Shown here piece after piece: positions 1-13,469 of a DNA stretch of 64,000 nt. A program made the translations under genes and the position numbers. Numbering within the stretch: the first letter of the stretch is position 1; every line of letters begins with the position of its first letter. Below the pieces are notes generated by a model, which was given only the letters and a program-made list of their open reading frames with translations, did not search any database and had not been told where the DNA came from. The stretch comes from Felis catus. Taxonomy: Eukaryota. The DNA lies in the NCBI RefSeq assembly GCF_018350175.1, contig NC_058368.1, positions 199,332,001 to 199,396,000 of the forward strand, read 5' to 3'.

Positions 1-21
1 TACTCTAAGAAACCGTATGTT

Positions 22-215
22 AGGTGTGCCTGGATGGTTCAGTCAGTTGGGTGTCCACTCTCGATTTAGGTTCAGGTCATGATCCCAGGATTGTGGGATC
101 GAGCCCCGTGTCCAGCTCTGTGCTGAGCGTGGAGCCTGTTTAAGATTCCTCCTCTCCCCCTCTCTCCCCCTCTGCCCCACTCATATGCTCTCTCTTTCTA
201 AGAAAGAAAAAGAAA
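22..215 (+). mobile_element. Carnivore SINE (SINEC)
   Basis: tRNA-like head, CT-rich body, A tail. Confidence 0.85.
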
Positions 216-814
216 CTGTATATGTTAGAATACTTGTTATATAAAATTACATTTACTCAAAGTAATAAATATGTTTGTCTTACAATGTTAATATACTTAT
301 CTTCTTATGATAATGAACACATTGATATGATCTTACTGGTCTTACTGTAACTATCCTCTCCATTATGTAAATAGGATAAATTCCCTTGTTAATTATAAAA
401 TGCAGCAGATTCTGAGTCTAGACTTTTCTCCTCAGTTGTGCAAAGAAATAAACAGTGCTTATAGCGGACTCATTATCAAACACACAATAGAAAAACTTGT
501 GCTTTCAAGCAAATTGGTACTGTGGTCCTGGAGACGAGTCTGAATGGGGTGGGGGGGGGGTTGGGGGGGGTGGAATAGATTGCTTTAGTTCCTAAACTGG
601 AGTGTGTTAATATAACGAGTAAACGGGCCACAATAAATGTCTGTTTTGGTTTGTGGTGGAAGCTGCCTGTCTTTGCTGCTAAGTCCCAATCTAAGAGCAT
701 GAAAGTACTGTGTTCACTAAATTAAGCACAAAAAAATTAAATGCACACATTCAGGTATATTGGGTAAGGATCCAAAGATTAGAAGTAGGGTCAGCAAAAG
801 CAGGTTTTTTTTTT

Positions 815-1026
815 TCCTGTTTTTTTAGATTTATTTATTTATTTTGAGAGAGACAGAGAGAGCGTGAGTGGGGGAGGGGCAGATAGAGAGGGAGAATCCC
901 AAGCAGGCTCTGTGGGGTCAGCACAGAGCCCCACACAGGGCTCGAATTCATGAAACTGCGAGTTCATTACCTGAGCCAATATCAAGAGTTGGATGCTTAA
1001 CTGACTGAGCCACCCAGGGGGTCCCA
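815..1026 (-). mobile_element. Carnivore SINE (SINEC)
   Basis: Antisense copy ending ..gactgagccaccca. Confidence 0.9.
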
Positions 1027-1202
1027 AAAGCAGTGTTTTTTTAATTGTGTGAAATGAGGTGGATCAAACTGAGAAGCAGTCACACCAGGCTGTGGTAGAG
1101 AAATTGTTTTCTTCCTCAGTGTCTTCTCCTTCCTTTTCCTGTATGAATTAAAGATTGATTAACCAAAAATCGGGTCTGAAAAGGAAGTCTTAGATATCTC
1201 CT

Positions 1203-1690
1203 GTGTTAGTCAGGGTCCTGGCAAGAAGAGAGACTTCACCCCAGATAAGTTTTGTCAGAATGTGTGTTCAGGACATTTTGTCAGAATGTACGGGAAGAGG
1301 TAAGGGAGTAAACAAGCTGTGTGAAGCACGTAGAAAGCCCTTACTTTCCCCACAGAAGGGACAAGGGGAGGAAGTAGAGTTTCTGGAACTCAAAGAGAGC
1401 TGGCAAAGTGTAGACAGGGCTGCCCTGCTTCTCGTGGATAGTCATGGAGGGAAGCGGCTACAGTCAGAGAGTTGATGCTGAAACGAGGAAGGAGCAAGGA
1501 ATAAATAACCCCCATCTGTCTCCCATCCTCTGCTCTCTTCTCAGGATCTGGCTAAACTTAGAGGAAAACCAGCTCCCAAAGCGGGTATGAGAGATACAGT
1601 CCACAGGGTTCAACTTTCCAGGGCACAGAGCAGGAGAGAAGAGAATGAAGAGTGGATGGGGTAAAGAAGTGTAACAGAATAATTAGCACA
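1203..1690. mobile_element. MLT1-family (ERVL-MaLR) solo LTR, degraded
   Basis: Starts TGTGTTAGTCAGGGTCC, ends ..AATTAGCACA (TG..CA); internal MLT1-like purine-rich segments. Confidence 0.55.
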
Positions 1691-1834
1691 GTCAATTTTC
1701 TGCAAAAATTCAAACGTGGAGCAAGATATGTGTTTCTCTGACAAGTAAGCTATTAGTAACCTTGGTTTGTGTAAACCCCAACCAGCTTTGGGTGATTATG
1801 GAAATCCTATATGCCAGGCAGATGCCCCCTTTTT

Positions 1835-1945
1835 TTAATGTATTATTTTTTAAAAACTAATCTCTATGCTCAATGTGGAGCTCAAATTCCCAACCCCAAG
1901 ATCAAGAGTCACATGCTGTACTGATTGAGCCACCCAGGAGCCCCA
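1835..1945 (-). mobile_element. Short carnivore SINE
   Basis: ..gatcaagagtcacatgct..gagccacccaggagcccc. Confidence 0.8.
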
Positions 1946-2434
1946 TAAGGGATCCCTATGTGATTTGAGGTAGGGTTTTGAGGAAGGATTCTCTCTGGAT
2001 ATCTGTTCATTATATATGCATATGCATCATTGCCATAGGATGTTGCATATCATATGTAGGGATATATAATTAATATTCTAGATAAACAACCAAGTGCTTG
2101 CATAAATTCTCAAGTTTTTTTTTGCCCAGAGGAATTGAATGATCACATTAAAATCTGGAGAGAGAAAAAAAAAAAGAACGCACATCCAACTTTAACTAAA
2201 GAACAAGAATCTGAGTAAGATTGAAGAATTTTGTGAAAGATCATATTCAGGAGAAAAGAGATAGTTAATTCTTTCCTTCTTCCACATGCCGAAAAGGAAA
2301 GCTGCAATTTCAAAACTGTAATTTGTGAAAAATAATTTAAGTTAAGGCAAATCAGCATTTGGATGGTAAGGTCTAATTTTGTATTTAGTTTTTTTTTTTT
2401 TTCTTTTTTCAATTTTTCTACTTAGTTTCCTTTT

Positions 2435-2672
2435 TTTTTGTTAAGATTTTTTTTTCATGTTTATTTAATTATTCTGAGAGAGAGAGGGAGAGAGAGAGAC
2501 AGAGCACAAGCAGGGGAGGGGTGGAGAGAGAGAGAGGGAGAGAGAATCCCAAGCAGGCTCTGCACCACCAGCACAGAGCCCGATATGGGGCTCGGATTCA
2601 TGAACCCGGAGATCATGACCTGAGTGGAAACCAAGATTCGGACACTTAACTGATTTAGTCACCCAAGCACCC
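2435..2672 (-). mobile_element. Carnivore SINE (SINEC)
   Basis: Antisense copy; ctacttagtttc repeated on both sides. Confidence 0.9.
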
Positions 2673-2962
2673 CTCTACTTAGTTTCGATGTGGAAAGTTA
2701 AAGCATATTTATTTTGGATGTGAACATTTTTCTTAAAGAAGGAATAATTTGCTCTTATCAGAAAGAATGGTGGTGTATAAATATAGTTGCCAAAAAAAGT
2801 TGCAAACTTTTCATTTCCAAGATGCAGTACAAGTAAAAATAAAATATTGCAAAAGATTAAACTGTTCTATAGGAATAATTATTTTTTCCAGTGATACTTT
2901 ACATCGAAAACAGAAAGAAATAACTTCTGTCCTGGCAGCACACCAATAAGAAGCACAACATA

Positions 2963-3184
2963 AGGGGCGCCTGGGTGGCTTGGTCGGTTGGGCGCCGACT
3001 TCGGCTCAGGTCATGATCTCGCGGTCCGTGAGTTTGAGCCCTGCGTCGGGCTCTGTGCTGACAGCTCAGAGCCTGGAGCCTGTTTCAGATTCTGTGTCTC
3101 CCTCTCTCTCTGCCCCTCCCCTGTTCATGCTCTGTCTCTCTCTGTCCCAAAGATAAATAAACGTAAAAAAAAAAAAAAAAAAAA
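2963..3184 (+). mobile_element. Young felid-type SINE (SINEC_Fc-like)
   Basis: ggggcgcctgggtggct..., long pure A tail, perfect 16-bp TSD aagaagcacaacataa (2948-2963 and 3183-3198). Confidence 0.95.
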
Positions 3185-3824
3185 GAAGCACAACATAATT
3201 AATGCTTTCAGACTATTTGACCATGTTAATAGCCAGGTGGGACCAAAATTATTCTCTCTTTTGGTAAAGTTTTTATATGAATTTGGTTATTGTTCTTTTA
3301 ATTTGATGTTAAGTGCTTTTAGTACAAAGTGGTATATAATAGGACTGGGATTTTTACCATTTTTCTAATCTGAGAATTTTCTTAGCAATATTAAAAGAAA
3401 TGTAAACTGGTAAAATAAATCTTTTTCTCCCCATAGAATTCTGACTCCTTTCCCCACCTTCTCTCTATTACTGGTGTAGTTATTATAGTCACAAAATAGT
3501 ATGAAATTGTGACATATTTTTAATCCATGAAGATATTTAGTTTTTCTCCGGCTAAATATAAAAGGACTAAATTGTCTACATTTCTAATTTCAATGCTTGA
3601 CTTATATTTATCACCTTCAAAACTGGTATTTAAGAGAATAGAAATGTAGAGTAAATATCGTATAGAGTACACAACTAGAATGTGCTAAAATGTAATGATG
3701 TGTGTCTCTTTATAAACTGTAAACCTGAAGCAATTTTCAAGTGAAGTGGAACTATGAAATTCTTCCATTTAAATGATCTGGGTAATCAAAACAAACAAAC
3801 AAACAAACAAACGAACAAACCGCT

Positions 3825-4262
3825 TTACTAAGGATAAAATTCACCTACCCAGGCAATGTATCTATTTAAAGTCTACAATTCAGGGGCACCTGGGTGGCTC
3901 AGTGAGTTAAGCCTCTGACTCTTGATTTCAGCTCAGATTATGATCTCACAGTTTGTGGGCTTGAGCACCAAGTTGGGCACTGCGCTGATAACATGGAACT
4001 TGCTTGAGAGTCTCTCTGCCCCTCCCCCACTCACTTTCTTTCTCTCTCAAAATACATAAATAAACTTAAAAAAAAAGTGTACAATTCATTGGTGTTCCTA
4101 AATTCACAGAGCTGTGCAACCAGCACTGCAATCAATTTTAGAACATATTCATCCTCTGAAAAAGAAATCCCATATCCGTCAGCAGTCACCCCCATTTCCA
4201 TACTATTCCTTCAGCCTCTGGCAACTACTAATATTTCTGTCTGTACAGATTTGTCTGGACAT
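3825..4262 (-). mobile_element. L1MB-like 3' end fragment split by a SINE
   Basis: aaagtgtacaattca...cagtcacccccattt...ggcaactactaat...ctgtacagatttg. Confidence 0.6.
3882..4076 (+). mobile_element. Carnivore SINE
   Basis: ggggcacctgggtggctcag head; TSD-like aaagt(c/g)tacaattca. Confidence 0.9.
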
Positions 4263-4659
4263 CTTGGCAAATTTTTAAAGGTGCAATATTTCTCTAACAA
4301 ATTCTGAATTATTGATTATCTATTTTTATTTATTTATTACATATTGATATAAATTTATCTATAGTTTCCTCCTCGTTAACTATTGAAGTTTTGCATTAAT
4401 TTAATAGGTCATATATAAGATTTTTGAAAAGCTTATAGTTGATCCCAAAACTGCTGTCATAAAATATAAATAAATGGCCCCTGTGGGTTTTTGTTGAGAT
4501 GTAATATTGGCCCATAAAATCTAGAACCTTCCAGGAGAATTTTAAACAGATAATCAAGGAAGTAAGTAAGCAAGGAAGTAAGACAACTTTTAAAATGTTA
4601 TATTAGCCTATATTCATTCCTTCTGCTCCTGGATATTGGTGAAGGAAAATATTTTATAT

Positions 4660-4880
4660 ATATTTTTTAATAATGTTTACTTATATTTAAGAGAGAGAGT
4701 GCAAGTGCCCGCACATGTGTGGAGGGGAGGGGCAGAGAGAGAGGGGGACAGAGGATCTGAAGCAGGCTCCACGCTGACAGCAGACAGCCCTATGCAGAGC
4801 TTGAACTCAGAAAACGAACCAGGAGATCATGATCTGAGCTGAAGTCAGAGGCTTAAGTGACTGAGCCACCCAGGTGCCCC
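4660..4880 (-). mobile_element. Carnivore SINE
   Basis: Antisense copy ending gagccacccaggtgcccc. Confidence 0.9.
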
Positions 4881-5444
4881 AGGGAAATATTTATTTTAAC
4901 CTGCCTTTTTGTTTTGTTACCTGGATCTTTGGCCCATGTTATCAGCACTGGAGATCTGACTTTCCCATATAAGGGTCTTTGCTAATGTCAGAACGTTCTT
5001 AGTTTTTCACCAGCCTTTGCTTGAGGTTGTGTTCAGACTCCTCAGTGATGTATTTATTTGTAAGCACTAGCTCCTGCACTGTTCCACCAGAGGCTGGAGT
5101 TCAGGAAGCTTTCACTTGCAAAACATTATGCTAAATGTTAACTACTGTTTGTTCTTTGGGAAATTGCTTGTGTTTGTCTTTGCTTGATGTTGTTATTATC
5201 TGCTTTATTTCTCGGCCCTTCGCTTGTTCCTCTGAACTGTGCTGGGACAATGCAGACTGTTTGGGGATGGCCATCTTATTGGATGGGGCATTTGACTGGT
5301 ACTAGATTGTGAATGCCTTCTTCGTTGAGTGCTTCTGAGAAAATAACCCTTGAACTGATATTGATGACCTCTGTACTTTCCTTCTGGCTTGCAGTTCTAC
5401 TTTTAACCACTTTATGCCTATTTCTGTTTAGACTAGTTGGTCGT

Positions 5445-5666
5445 AGGGCGCCTGGGTGGCTCAGTAGGTTGAGAGTCCACCTTCGGCTCAGGTCATGATC
5501 TCACAGGTCATGAGTTCGAGCCCCGTGTCAGGCTCTGTGTTGACAGCTCAGAGCCTGGAGCCTGCTTCGGATTCTGTGCCTTCCTCTCTCTCTGCCCCAA
5601 CCCACTTGCATTCTGTCTCTGTCTCTCTCAAAAATAAATAAACATTTAAAAAAATAAAAAAAAAAA
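5445..5666 (+). mobile_element. Felid-type SINE
   Basis: Full head and tail; TSD aga(c/t)tagttggtcgta. Confidence 0.93.
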
Positions 5667-5974
5667 GATTAGTTGGTCGTATCTACCTGCCATTGTGGCT
5701 GCCAAGATCTTTGGGACACCCTCTCTACCTTATATTTCTCTCTACTGAATTCTATCCACCTTCCCAACTTAGAACTTAACCCTGCATTTCCCAACTTCTT
5801 TCTCTAGGGACTTATATATACTCCAGTCAGATATACTCCTGTAAGGTTTTGATTTGGAAGGAACCTCTGTGAGGAAAGAAGTGGGGTGAGGGGCATCCTT
5901 TTGTTCGAGGCAGTAGGTTTTATGGGCCTACTGTAGAGGTGTAATTTCTTTATCTTAGAAGAGAAAGTATAATC

Positions 5975-6760
5975 TGGAGCTCCATATGATGTCAGAACTG
6001 GTCATAGAGTTCTGCAGTCACTAGCATGTGAATTGCAGGGCAAACCATGATAATATTGGAATAGTGTGGAAGGTGCAGAAGACTGCACAGCCTGAAAAGC
6101 AAGGGAGTGGAGAATGGAACTCTTGGCCTACAAAGGGCAGTCAGAGCATATAGATATAGATGTGTGAAGCAAATCAGGTCAAGGACAATGGGGAAATGGG
6201 AGATGCAGTGAACTAGGGAAAGCACACCCATTTGAAGGAGAGAGTTGTCACTGTATGCTCCGTTCCCAGTAATTGTGCTGTGGTGCACAGGCCCAGTGAT
6301 ATCTGCATTTCAGATTTTTCAAGAGAAAGTAGAAATTCAGATTTTTTTGGTGGAATTTCATAAATTTTAAATATTCTCAATTAATTCAGAATTATTTTAC
6401 AGGTTTGGGTGATCCATAAAATATAAGTCAGATACAGTCCACAGGTTGACGGTTTTTGATCTCTGTTACTGGTGAGAACACAAGCTCATAAAGAAGAATT
6501 GTGAGGTAGGAGGGTGTGGGAATACAAAAGCCAGGGGGAATTGACAAGAGTAGAGTCTGGTTAACAGTGTATAAATCCAAGAGAGGTCTGTTAGATAAGG
6601 ACAGAATAATGTCCATTGTGTCTATTGTATTGGGAGCTTGGAAGTCATTGATAATCTTTGTCAAACTTCTTCAGCTGAATAATAGGAGAAAAGACCAAAC
6701 TGCAGAGGGTTGAGGAATGAGGGAGGAGTGAGCCAATGGAGATGGAGTGAAGATTACTCC
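5975..6760 (-). mobile_element. Degraded L2 fragments
   Basis: Purine-rich L2-like sequence (gcagtcactagcatgtga..., gaagtcattgataatctttg...gaggaatgagggagg). Confidence 0.4.
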
Positions 6761-6909
6761 CAGAGACACAAGCAGGCTTATTTATTTATTTATTTATTTT
6801 GGAAAGCCTAGCCAAAGCTAAAGGTTTTTTACCTATGTGTTTGTGCAGGTATGTATATCTTTGAATGAGGCAAGATTTCCTAATTATATTATTTCAATTT
6901 TCTATAACT

Positions 6910-7027
6910 TTATTTATTTGTTTATTTATTTATTTTAAGTAAGCTTTATGCCCAACATGGGGCTTGAACCCATAAACCTGAGATCAAGAGTCACATGCTC
7001 TACAAATGGAGTCAGCCAGGCGTCCCT
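6910..7027 (-). mobile_element. Short carnivore SINE
   Basis: ..gagatcaagagtcacatgctc..gagtcagccaggcgtccc. Confidence 0.8.
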
Positions 7028-8008
7028 CGATAACCTTAGTTTTAAAAAGTTTATGAAGCATATTTATAGGCTCAGGTTAATAAAACCACTGTAGAGGGAG
7101 AAATTAAAAACTATGCAGGAAAAGCTGCTAACTGAATTTCTGGAGGAGATTGGGAGGGGGTGTGGTGGAAACACAGATACGAAAATGAGATTCTCTGGAT
7201 TGGAGGGAAGACAATTAGAAATGGTTTGGAATCAGGCAGACTCCTGGGTCATGCTGGTGGATGTGGAGGAAGCTGAGGTAATTCTTTCCTACAGCAGCAA
7301 TTTTCTAGTTATGCAGATGAGATACTGAAAGTGGGGAGAACGGGAGTGGATATGTTGTTTGAGCACAGTGGTGAGGGTTTGGAAATGCCACAGAAGGGAA
7401 TGGGAAAGAGACGTGTATATGAAATATTGTTTGGGAGGCTAAAGAACCCCATTTCAAATTAGATCCCATACTTGTGTAGGGGCACTAATTTGTACTTTTT
7501 GAGCATTTCATTCCTTGCTCAGCAGCATAAGTGTGAAGAAGGTGATTTCACTGATCCATAGTTAGGATTTTAGCCAGAGGATGTATAAATGTGCTGGAAT
7601 TCACAGAACCATGGTTCTGGAAGAGAATCATTGAGGTATTTGAAGTAGGAAACAATACGAGACTAGGAGGGAGTAAAATGGCAGGTCATTCTACTCTTGG
7701 TTCAGGCTAGGAACCTTGAGACATTGCATCTGGATGTGTCCATCGGAGGATGTCACTTAAACTGTTTCAAGCTTGTATGTCTATTGCATCTAGTTGCTTA
7801 GATCTCCCTGTTCTTAAAAGAGGTGGGCCAGATGAGTAGCAGTTTTTGCTTTCTGATCCATGGATGAAACTGAAGTACTACTTGAAGAAGATGATGCAGA
7901 ACTTCTGAAGTTGCCAGCAAGTGCCCGGGAAGGGAAATGGACCCAATGTCAATTTAAGGGAGGATCAGGATTGGAAAGTCAATACTATTCATTCAAAATT
8001 CAAGTCTC

Positions 8009-8112
8009 TAGGGGTGCCTGACTGGCTCAGTCAGTAAGGCATGTGACTCTTGATCTCAGGGTTGTGAGTTCAAGCCCCATGCTGAGCATGGAAATTTCTT
8101 TAAAAAAAAAAA
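8009..8112 (+). mobile_element. Short carnivore SINE
   Basis: ggggtgcctgactggctcag..A tail; TSD aaaattcaagt. Confidence 0.85.
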
Positions 8113-8485
8113 TTCAAGTATCTCCTGATAAACTTATTCCTTAACACATCTTGCTGGAAGGGATGGTGGAGACAAGTCCACAACTCTTAGCCAGCTCAGC
8201 TTAAGCCTCACTGGAAAGACCTTCCTTAATATAGTGGAGGATGAGAATATTAGGAAAAATGGACCTTGTGAATGTCTATGGCTAAGTACTTTTATCACTA
8301 GTAGGCGCACTCCTGCAGAAGAAGGCCACATTATGCATGAGAATCCTGGTCAGGTCAGCCTGGGGGAACAGGGCTGATCATGGCTTCCCTGGAGTTCTAC
8401 CAGAGACCCATTACACATGGGTTTTCTGGCTGCCTTTGGACCTTTAGGTAGCCAGGGCTTACTTGGAACTTGAAATGATTCTGGG

Positions 8486-8668
8486 GCAGTAGTTCTCAAA
8501 CTTCAAGATGATAAAGAATCACCTGAAGAGCTTGTTAAAAAATGTAGATTCTTAGACTCTAACTTCAGTGAATTTGGTTCAGTGGTTTTGGGGTAGCCCC
8601 TGGGAACTTGTATTTGTAATGAGTTCCCAAGAAATGTTGATGCTGCTGGTCCAGGCACTACACCATTT
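8486..8668. mobile_element. MER5A-like hAT-Charlie MITE
   Basis: cagtagttctcaaactt...agaatcacctgaagagcttgttaaaa...gatgctgctggtccaggcactacac. Confidence 0.75.
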
Positions 8669-9069
8669 ATGTAGGACCAATTATGTTTGGGAATTTTATT
8701 GGCTGGATTCTGGTTACACATATCCAATGAATAAATTGCCCTAAGTCTATTTTGATGATGTCTCCTGGGTTTCTGATCCTGCAGAAGACTCTACCTTAAG
8801 AATTCTAGGTATTACTGGCCTTTTGAGTGATCTAATCCTTCTGTTACCTATTGTCATTGGGCCACAGATCCCAAAAGATCTCAAGAAACTATAGAGACTG
8901 GATTTTATGGGTTGTATCATGACCATGAAATTGTCCCATGAATTTTTTTGGTGCTGAAAAAGACAGCGATCTATCAAGATTTTTTCTTCAAACTTTCAAA
9001 CTAGAAAAATCTAAAGCTCCCTCTTCCTCACCAGGATTGTAACGTTTCCTCTTTTTGCTTGCCTCAAAC

Positions 9070-9283
9070 TCCTTTTTTTTTATTAAAAGTTTTTTTTTTT
9101 TTTAATGTTTATTTATTTTTGAGAGAGAGAGCAGGGGAGGGCCAGAGAGAGGGAGACAGAGGATCTGAAGCCGGTTCTTGCTGTCAGTGCAGAGCCCGAT
9201 GCAGAGCTCAAACCCCATGATTCATGGGATCATGACCTGAGTCAAAGTCAGAAGCTCAACCGACTGAGCCACCCAGGCACCCC
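9070..9283 (-). mobile_element. Carnivore SINE
   Basis: Antisense copy; tgcttgcctcaaa on both sides. Confidence 0.9.
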
Positions 9284-10179
9284 TGCTTGCCTCAAATTCT
9301 TGAGAAAAGCTTATACTCATCCTTTAGCCAGAAACCTGAGTCCTTAGGAAATGAATACAAGAGACTTTTGGTGGGAGTGTATCTGGCTTCCAACAGTACC
9401 AGTTGGTTCCTGGGCCATATTCTTAAAATAGAAAAATGACCAATTACAGCTTTGCCAAAACTACATTTGGTGTAATCCAGAGAATATGTTTTTAAGTGTC
9501 TGAAGGACTCAGCCACAGGAATCTTGATGGTACCAGCCAAGATATCTGAGGTCCAAGGATGGCAAAACCCAGGGACCATTTAGTACTCATGGGGGATTCC
9601 AGCTAAATAGAAGCTGGGATTTGGACATGTCTGGGCAGGTCTGCTGAATATGCAGGGCAGGCATGCCTGGAGTCTATTTACATGACAACTTTTGGCTGAA
9701 GAATGAGTGTACCCTGATCTGAATGGAAAGTGGAATGGGAAGAACAGAAATGTGTCTGTCTTAGGACTCAGGTTTTGATAAATGTTCTTTAAGAAATGAG
9801 TTTATTAATTAAATAATATATCATCTTTTTATTTCTTGGAATTATACAATTTACATTAGGATTTTTGATAGTTTGAAATAGTTTATTGCTATCTTTAGGA
9901 GACTATAGATAGGGTAGGCAATCATATCAAAATGAAAGAAGATTGATTTAATTTAGTTTACTACCTGCGATTAAATTGGGTGTGTGAGCAAAAGGACAAA
10001 AGATATACATATTTTGTGGCTTTGGAAATATTGGTGGATTAGTGAATCTTTAAAAATTTCTATAGGAAATAGTGTATTTAAACTTGCTATTTTCAACTGT
10101 ATACTCTTTCTACACCACCTAGAACTTTGTGAATTTTGTTAAATATTAACATGGCTGAAGTACTTTAAAATTATATTTA

Positions 10180-10390
10180 CCTTTAAAAGGTTTATTTTAC
10201 ATTTATTTATTTTTGAGAGACAGTGACAGAGCATAAGTGGGGGAGGGGCAGAGAGAGACTGAGACACAGAATCCAAAGCAGGCTCCAAGCTGTGCACAGA
10301 GCCTGACACAGGGCTCAAACTCACAAACCGTGAGATCATGACCTGAGCTAAAGTCAGATGCCCAACTGACTGAGCCACCCAGGAGCCCCT
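10180..10390 (-). mobile_element. Carnivore SINE
   Basis: Antisense copy; tatttaccttta on both sides. Confidence 0.9.
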
Positions 10391-10544
10391 ATTTACCTTT
10401 AATTCAAAAACTGTTCACAATTGTGCTTCTGGTCTTGATTAGTGCTATTCCTCATTCATTGCATTTTTAAGATAGAGTTTGGTTGATGAGCCACAGTTCC
10501 ATCTTTGCTTTTCTTTAATTAGTAAGAATTATTATAATCTTAGA

Positions 10545-10735
10545 GAACGCTGATTGACTGACTTTTTAATGTGTCAGACACCCATCTAAGCACTTTACAC
10601 ATCGTATCTCATTTAAGCCTCACAGCATTATTATGAGGGAGACACTTTAATTATCCTGACTACATACATGGGGAAATTGAGGCACAGAAAGATTAAATTA
10701 GTTGTCTAAATAACAGCTAGCAAGCAGTGGAGAAA
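10545..10735 (-). mobile_element. MIR fragment
   Basis: ctaagcactttacac...tctcatttaa...ggggaaattgaggcacagaaagattaaa (MIR core). Confidence 0.65.
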
Positions 10736-11034
10736 ACCAGGGCTTAGAGTGTTTGCGGTGTTTTAGCAAAGGTACTAATGACTCTAAATTTTAAGATGAT
10801 TACAGAAAAGAAAAGGCTGTTTCTCAGTTTGGGTATGGTTTAGGTGCCAGGAACTCTCTCATTGCCAATTTTGATTCTTCAGGTAGCCTTGGTAAAGTCA
10901 CTGGAATTATTTTCCAGAGACTTTTGTTCATACAAATGATTTTTTAAATGACTCTGAGCTGTCATTTGCTTTCCTAGAGAATGAGAGAAGCAATGTACTA
11001 TGCACCTCTCCTTCTTGAGAATGATTTTAGAGTT

Positions 11035-11485
11035 TTAAACTTTTTATTTGTATATAAGTTCAAACTTACAGAAAAGTTGCAAAAATAAAGATAGCATTCA
11101 AAATACCCATATACCTTTTACTCAAATTCTCTTTACTGTTTACATTTTACTCTAATTCTTTCCATTTGTGTGCTTTCTCTGAATACATATGGGGAAAAAA
11201 CTAAAAAGTTATTTTTTTTCCTTTTAAATCATTTAAGGGTTAGTTACATACTTTGTGGCCCTTTCTCCTTAATACCTTGATGTGTATTTCCCGCGTATAG
11301 GGATAATCTCTTTTGTGACCACATTATAGTAATAAATTTCAGTAAATTCAACATTGATTCAATACTTTAATCTATGAACAGTATTCTAATTTGTCAATTG
11401 GCCCATTAACATTATTTATAGCATTTTCCTCCTTGGGTACAGGATCCAGTCCAAGGTCAGTTACTGCATTTAGCTGTCATATTTG
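11035..11485 (-). mobile_element. L1MC-like 3' UTR fragment
   Basis: ttcaaacttacagaaaagttgcaaaaata...caggatccagtccaagg...tgcatttagctgtcat. Confidence 0.65.
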
Positions 11486-12449
11486 AGAATAACTCTAATT
11501 ATGCCAGATTTTATTTTTATCATATTCTAGAAACCATCCCCACACAGCATATAAAAATCTTAATTTAGGATGACAGCTGATGAAAATTAGACTTCTGATA
11601 GATTTTTTTTTGCTATTACTTGATATTTTAGAATCCCTAATGATGATTAGGATGTAGTCATACTAATTAAAACTAGTTTTAATGAGTTAACTAGCTACTA
11701 GCAACTGTTTCTATTATATTGTATGCCTAAGCTAAAGAAAGTTAGATTTTTTTTAGACATTTTGAATCATAGTTGAAATTCTAACAATAGCTTAATGATA
11801 TTGATCTAATTTTAAGTTTAGAAGAGACTTCTATTTTTTTGGTACTAATTAGTTTAATACAGGATTACTGAAAAATAGGAAACTCCAAGAAGGAAAATGT
11901 GATACTGTCTAGTGTCTGAAAGGAATGATTGATGCTAACAAATATAAAATATAAATTTTAAATAATCAGGATATTGTTTAAAAGGCAAGCTGTTGACTTT
12001 ATCACTCCCCCTTGCTAAGACACACATTGGTGCCTGTTAAATCTGACATTTTTACTCTGATCGTCAATGGCAGCTTTAAAGCGTCTGTAGTATCCCAGGA
12101 CAAAGTAACAAATCAACTCCAGGAAGGGCTGTGAAACTGTATCTGCTGGCTCTTTCCTTTCCCAAAAGCCCAACCCCAGTGGCATGCCAGTAGCTTCTGG
12201 GCACTGGAGAAGTTATGACCCTGTCTTCGCTGGGGTTAATGGCAGCCTGTTGGTCTTCTGCACCTCCCTTTCACCTTTCCCTGGGAAACTGGGGCTGAAG
12301 GCTACAGGTTCCCAGTCATTATATAAACTGCCTACCCAAAAGGCCCTTCCGCCTCCACCAAATTTGGTGACCACAGTTGAGAGCCAAGAGTCTCCTATAA
12401 TCATTTTTAATAGTTATATTAAGGAGGGTTTTCACAAAAGGGACATTTA

Positions 12450-12665
12450 AAAAATTTTTTTGTTTTTAATTTTTATTTATTTTTGAGAGAGAGACAGAGC
12501 ACAAGCAGGGTAGGGGTAGAGAGAGATGGAAACACAGAATCCAAAGTTGGCTCCGGGCTCCAAGCTGTCAGCGCAGAGCCCAACACAGGGCTCGAAACCA
12601 CGAGCTGGGAGATCATGACCTGAGCCGAAGTTGGATGCTTAACAGATTGAGCCACCCAGGCACCC
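12450..12665 (-). mobile_element. Felid-type SINE
   Basis: Antisense full-length copy. Confidence 0.9.
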
Positions 12666-13469
12666 TAAAAGATCCAAACTTAAAAGGATCTTGGGTCATG
12701 GTTTTTGAAAGAAAGATCGTTATCTACTTGTTGAGCAATGTTGGCAATATTGACTGTTCTTTGCTCTTTCCCTCCCACAGACCCAGTCCTCACTTCTTTG
12801 CATCTTGCATTCCTTTGATATTTTTAATATACTTAGGCAATGAATTAGCACTCAATGGATTGAAAAATTGTATTACCTTGTTATGTATTATGTGTAAGGA
12901 CCACCCATTGATGCCAATATGGAATCTTAGGCTCTAATAGTGGGACTCGTCTGTCTTAAAGCAACCTGCAAAATATTGACACACGGTCGAGTGTCATCAA
13001 TCCTGATGAACCATGCATGTGGTTGTGGAAATCCACCTCTGCCTCATCCTCACCCCGAGTCCCAAGAACTCCAACACTAATGCCTAGTTCTGTCGTTGAT
13101 ATTGATTTCTAGAATGTGCTTGTCAAATATTAGGCTATTTTCATTTTTCCTTGGGATGCACTTTGTTTTTTAAAGATCTATGATCCATTTTACTTAGATG
13201 AAGGAAGATAAAGAAAGGGTTCCCCTGCTATGGAGAAGACCATATAAATGGACAGGCAAGATGATGGTGCTTTTAGGTATGTAGTCACTCCTGTCAAGGG
13301 GTTGCTGGACCTCAGATCCCTTTATGTGTCAGACTCCACTGAGGTGATTTGCAATTTACCTTGCTTTGCAGCTTCTATTGTCCTGGCTCACTCTATTTCT
13401 TAGCAAATATATCATATGCACTTTAACTCAAAAGCCCAAACGACTTCTCTAACATCAACAATTGAGACC

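Noticed and set aside
2963..3050. tRNA-like A/B box sequences at SINE heads
   Set aside because: tRNA-derived SINE promoters followed by CT-rich body and A tail; not tRNA genes.
4965..4974. Perfect CArG box CCATATAAGG
   Set aside because: Single 10-mer with no supporting context; expected occasionally by chance in 64 kb.
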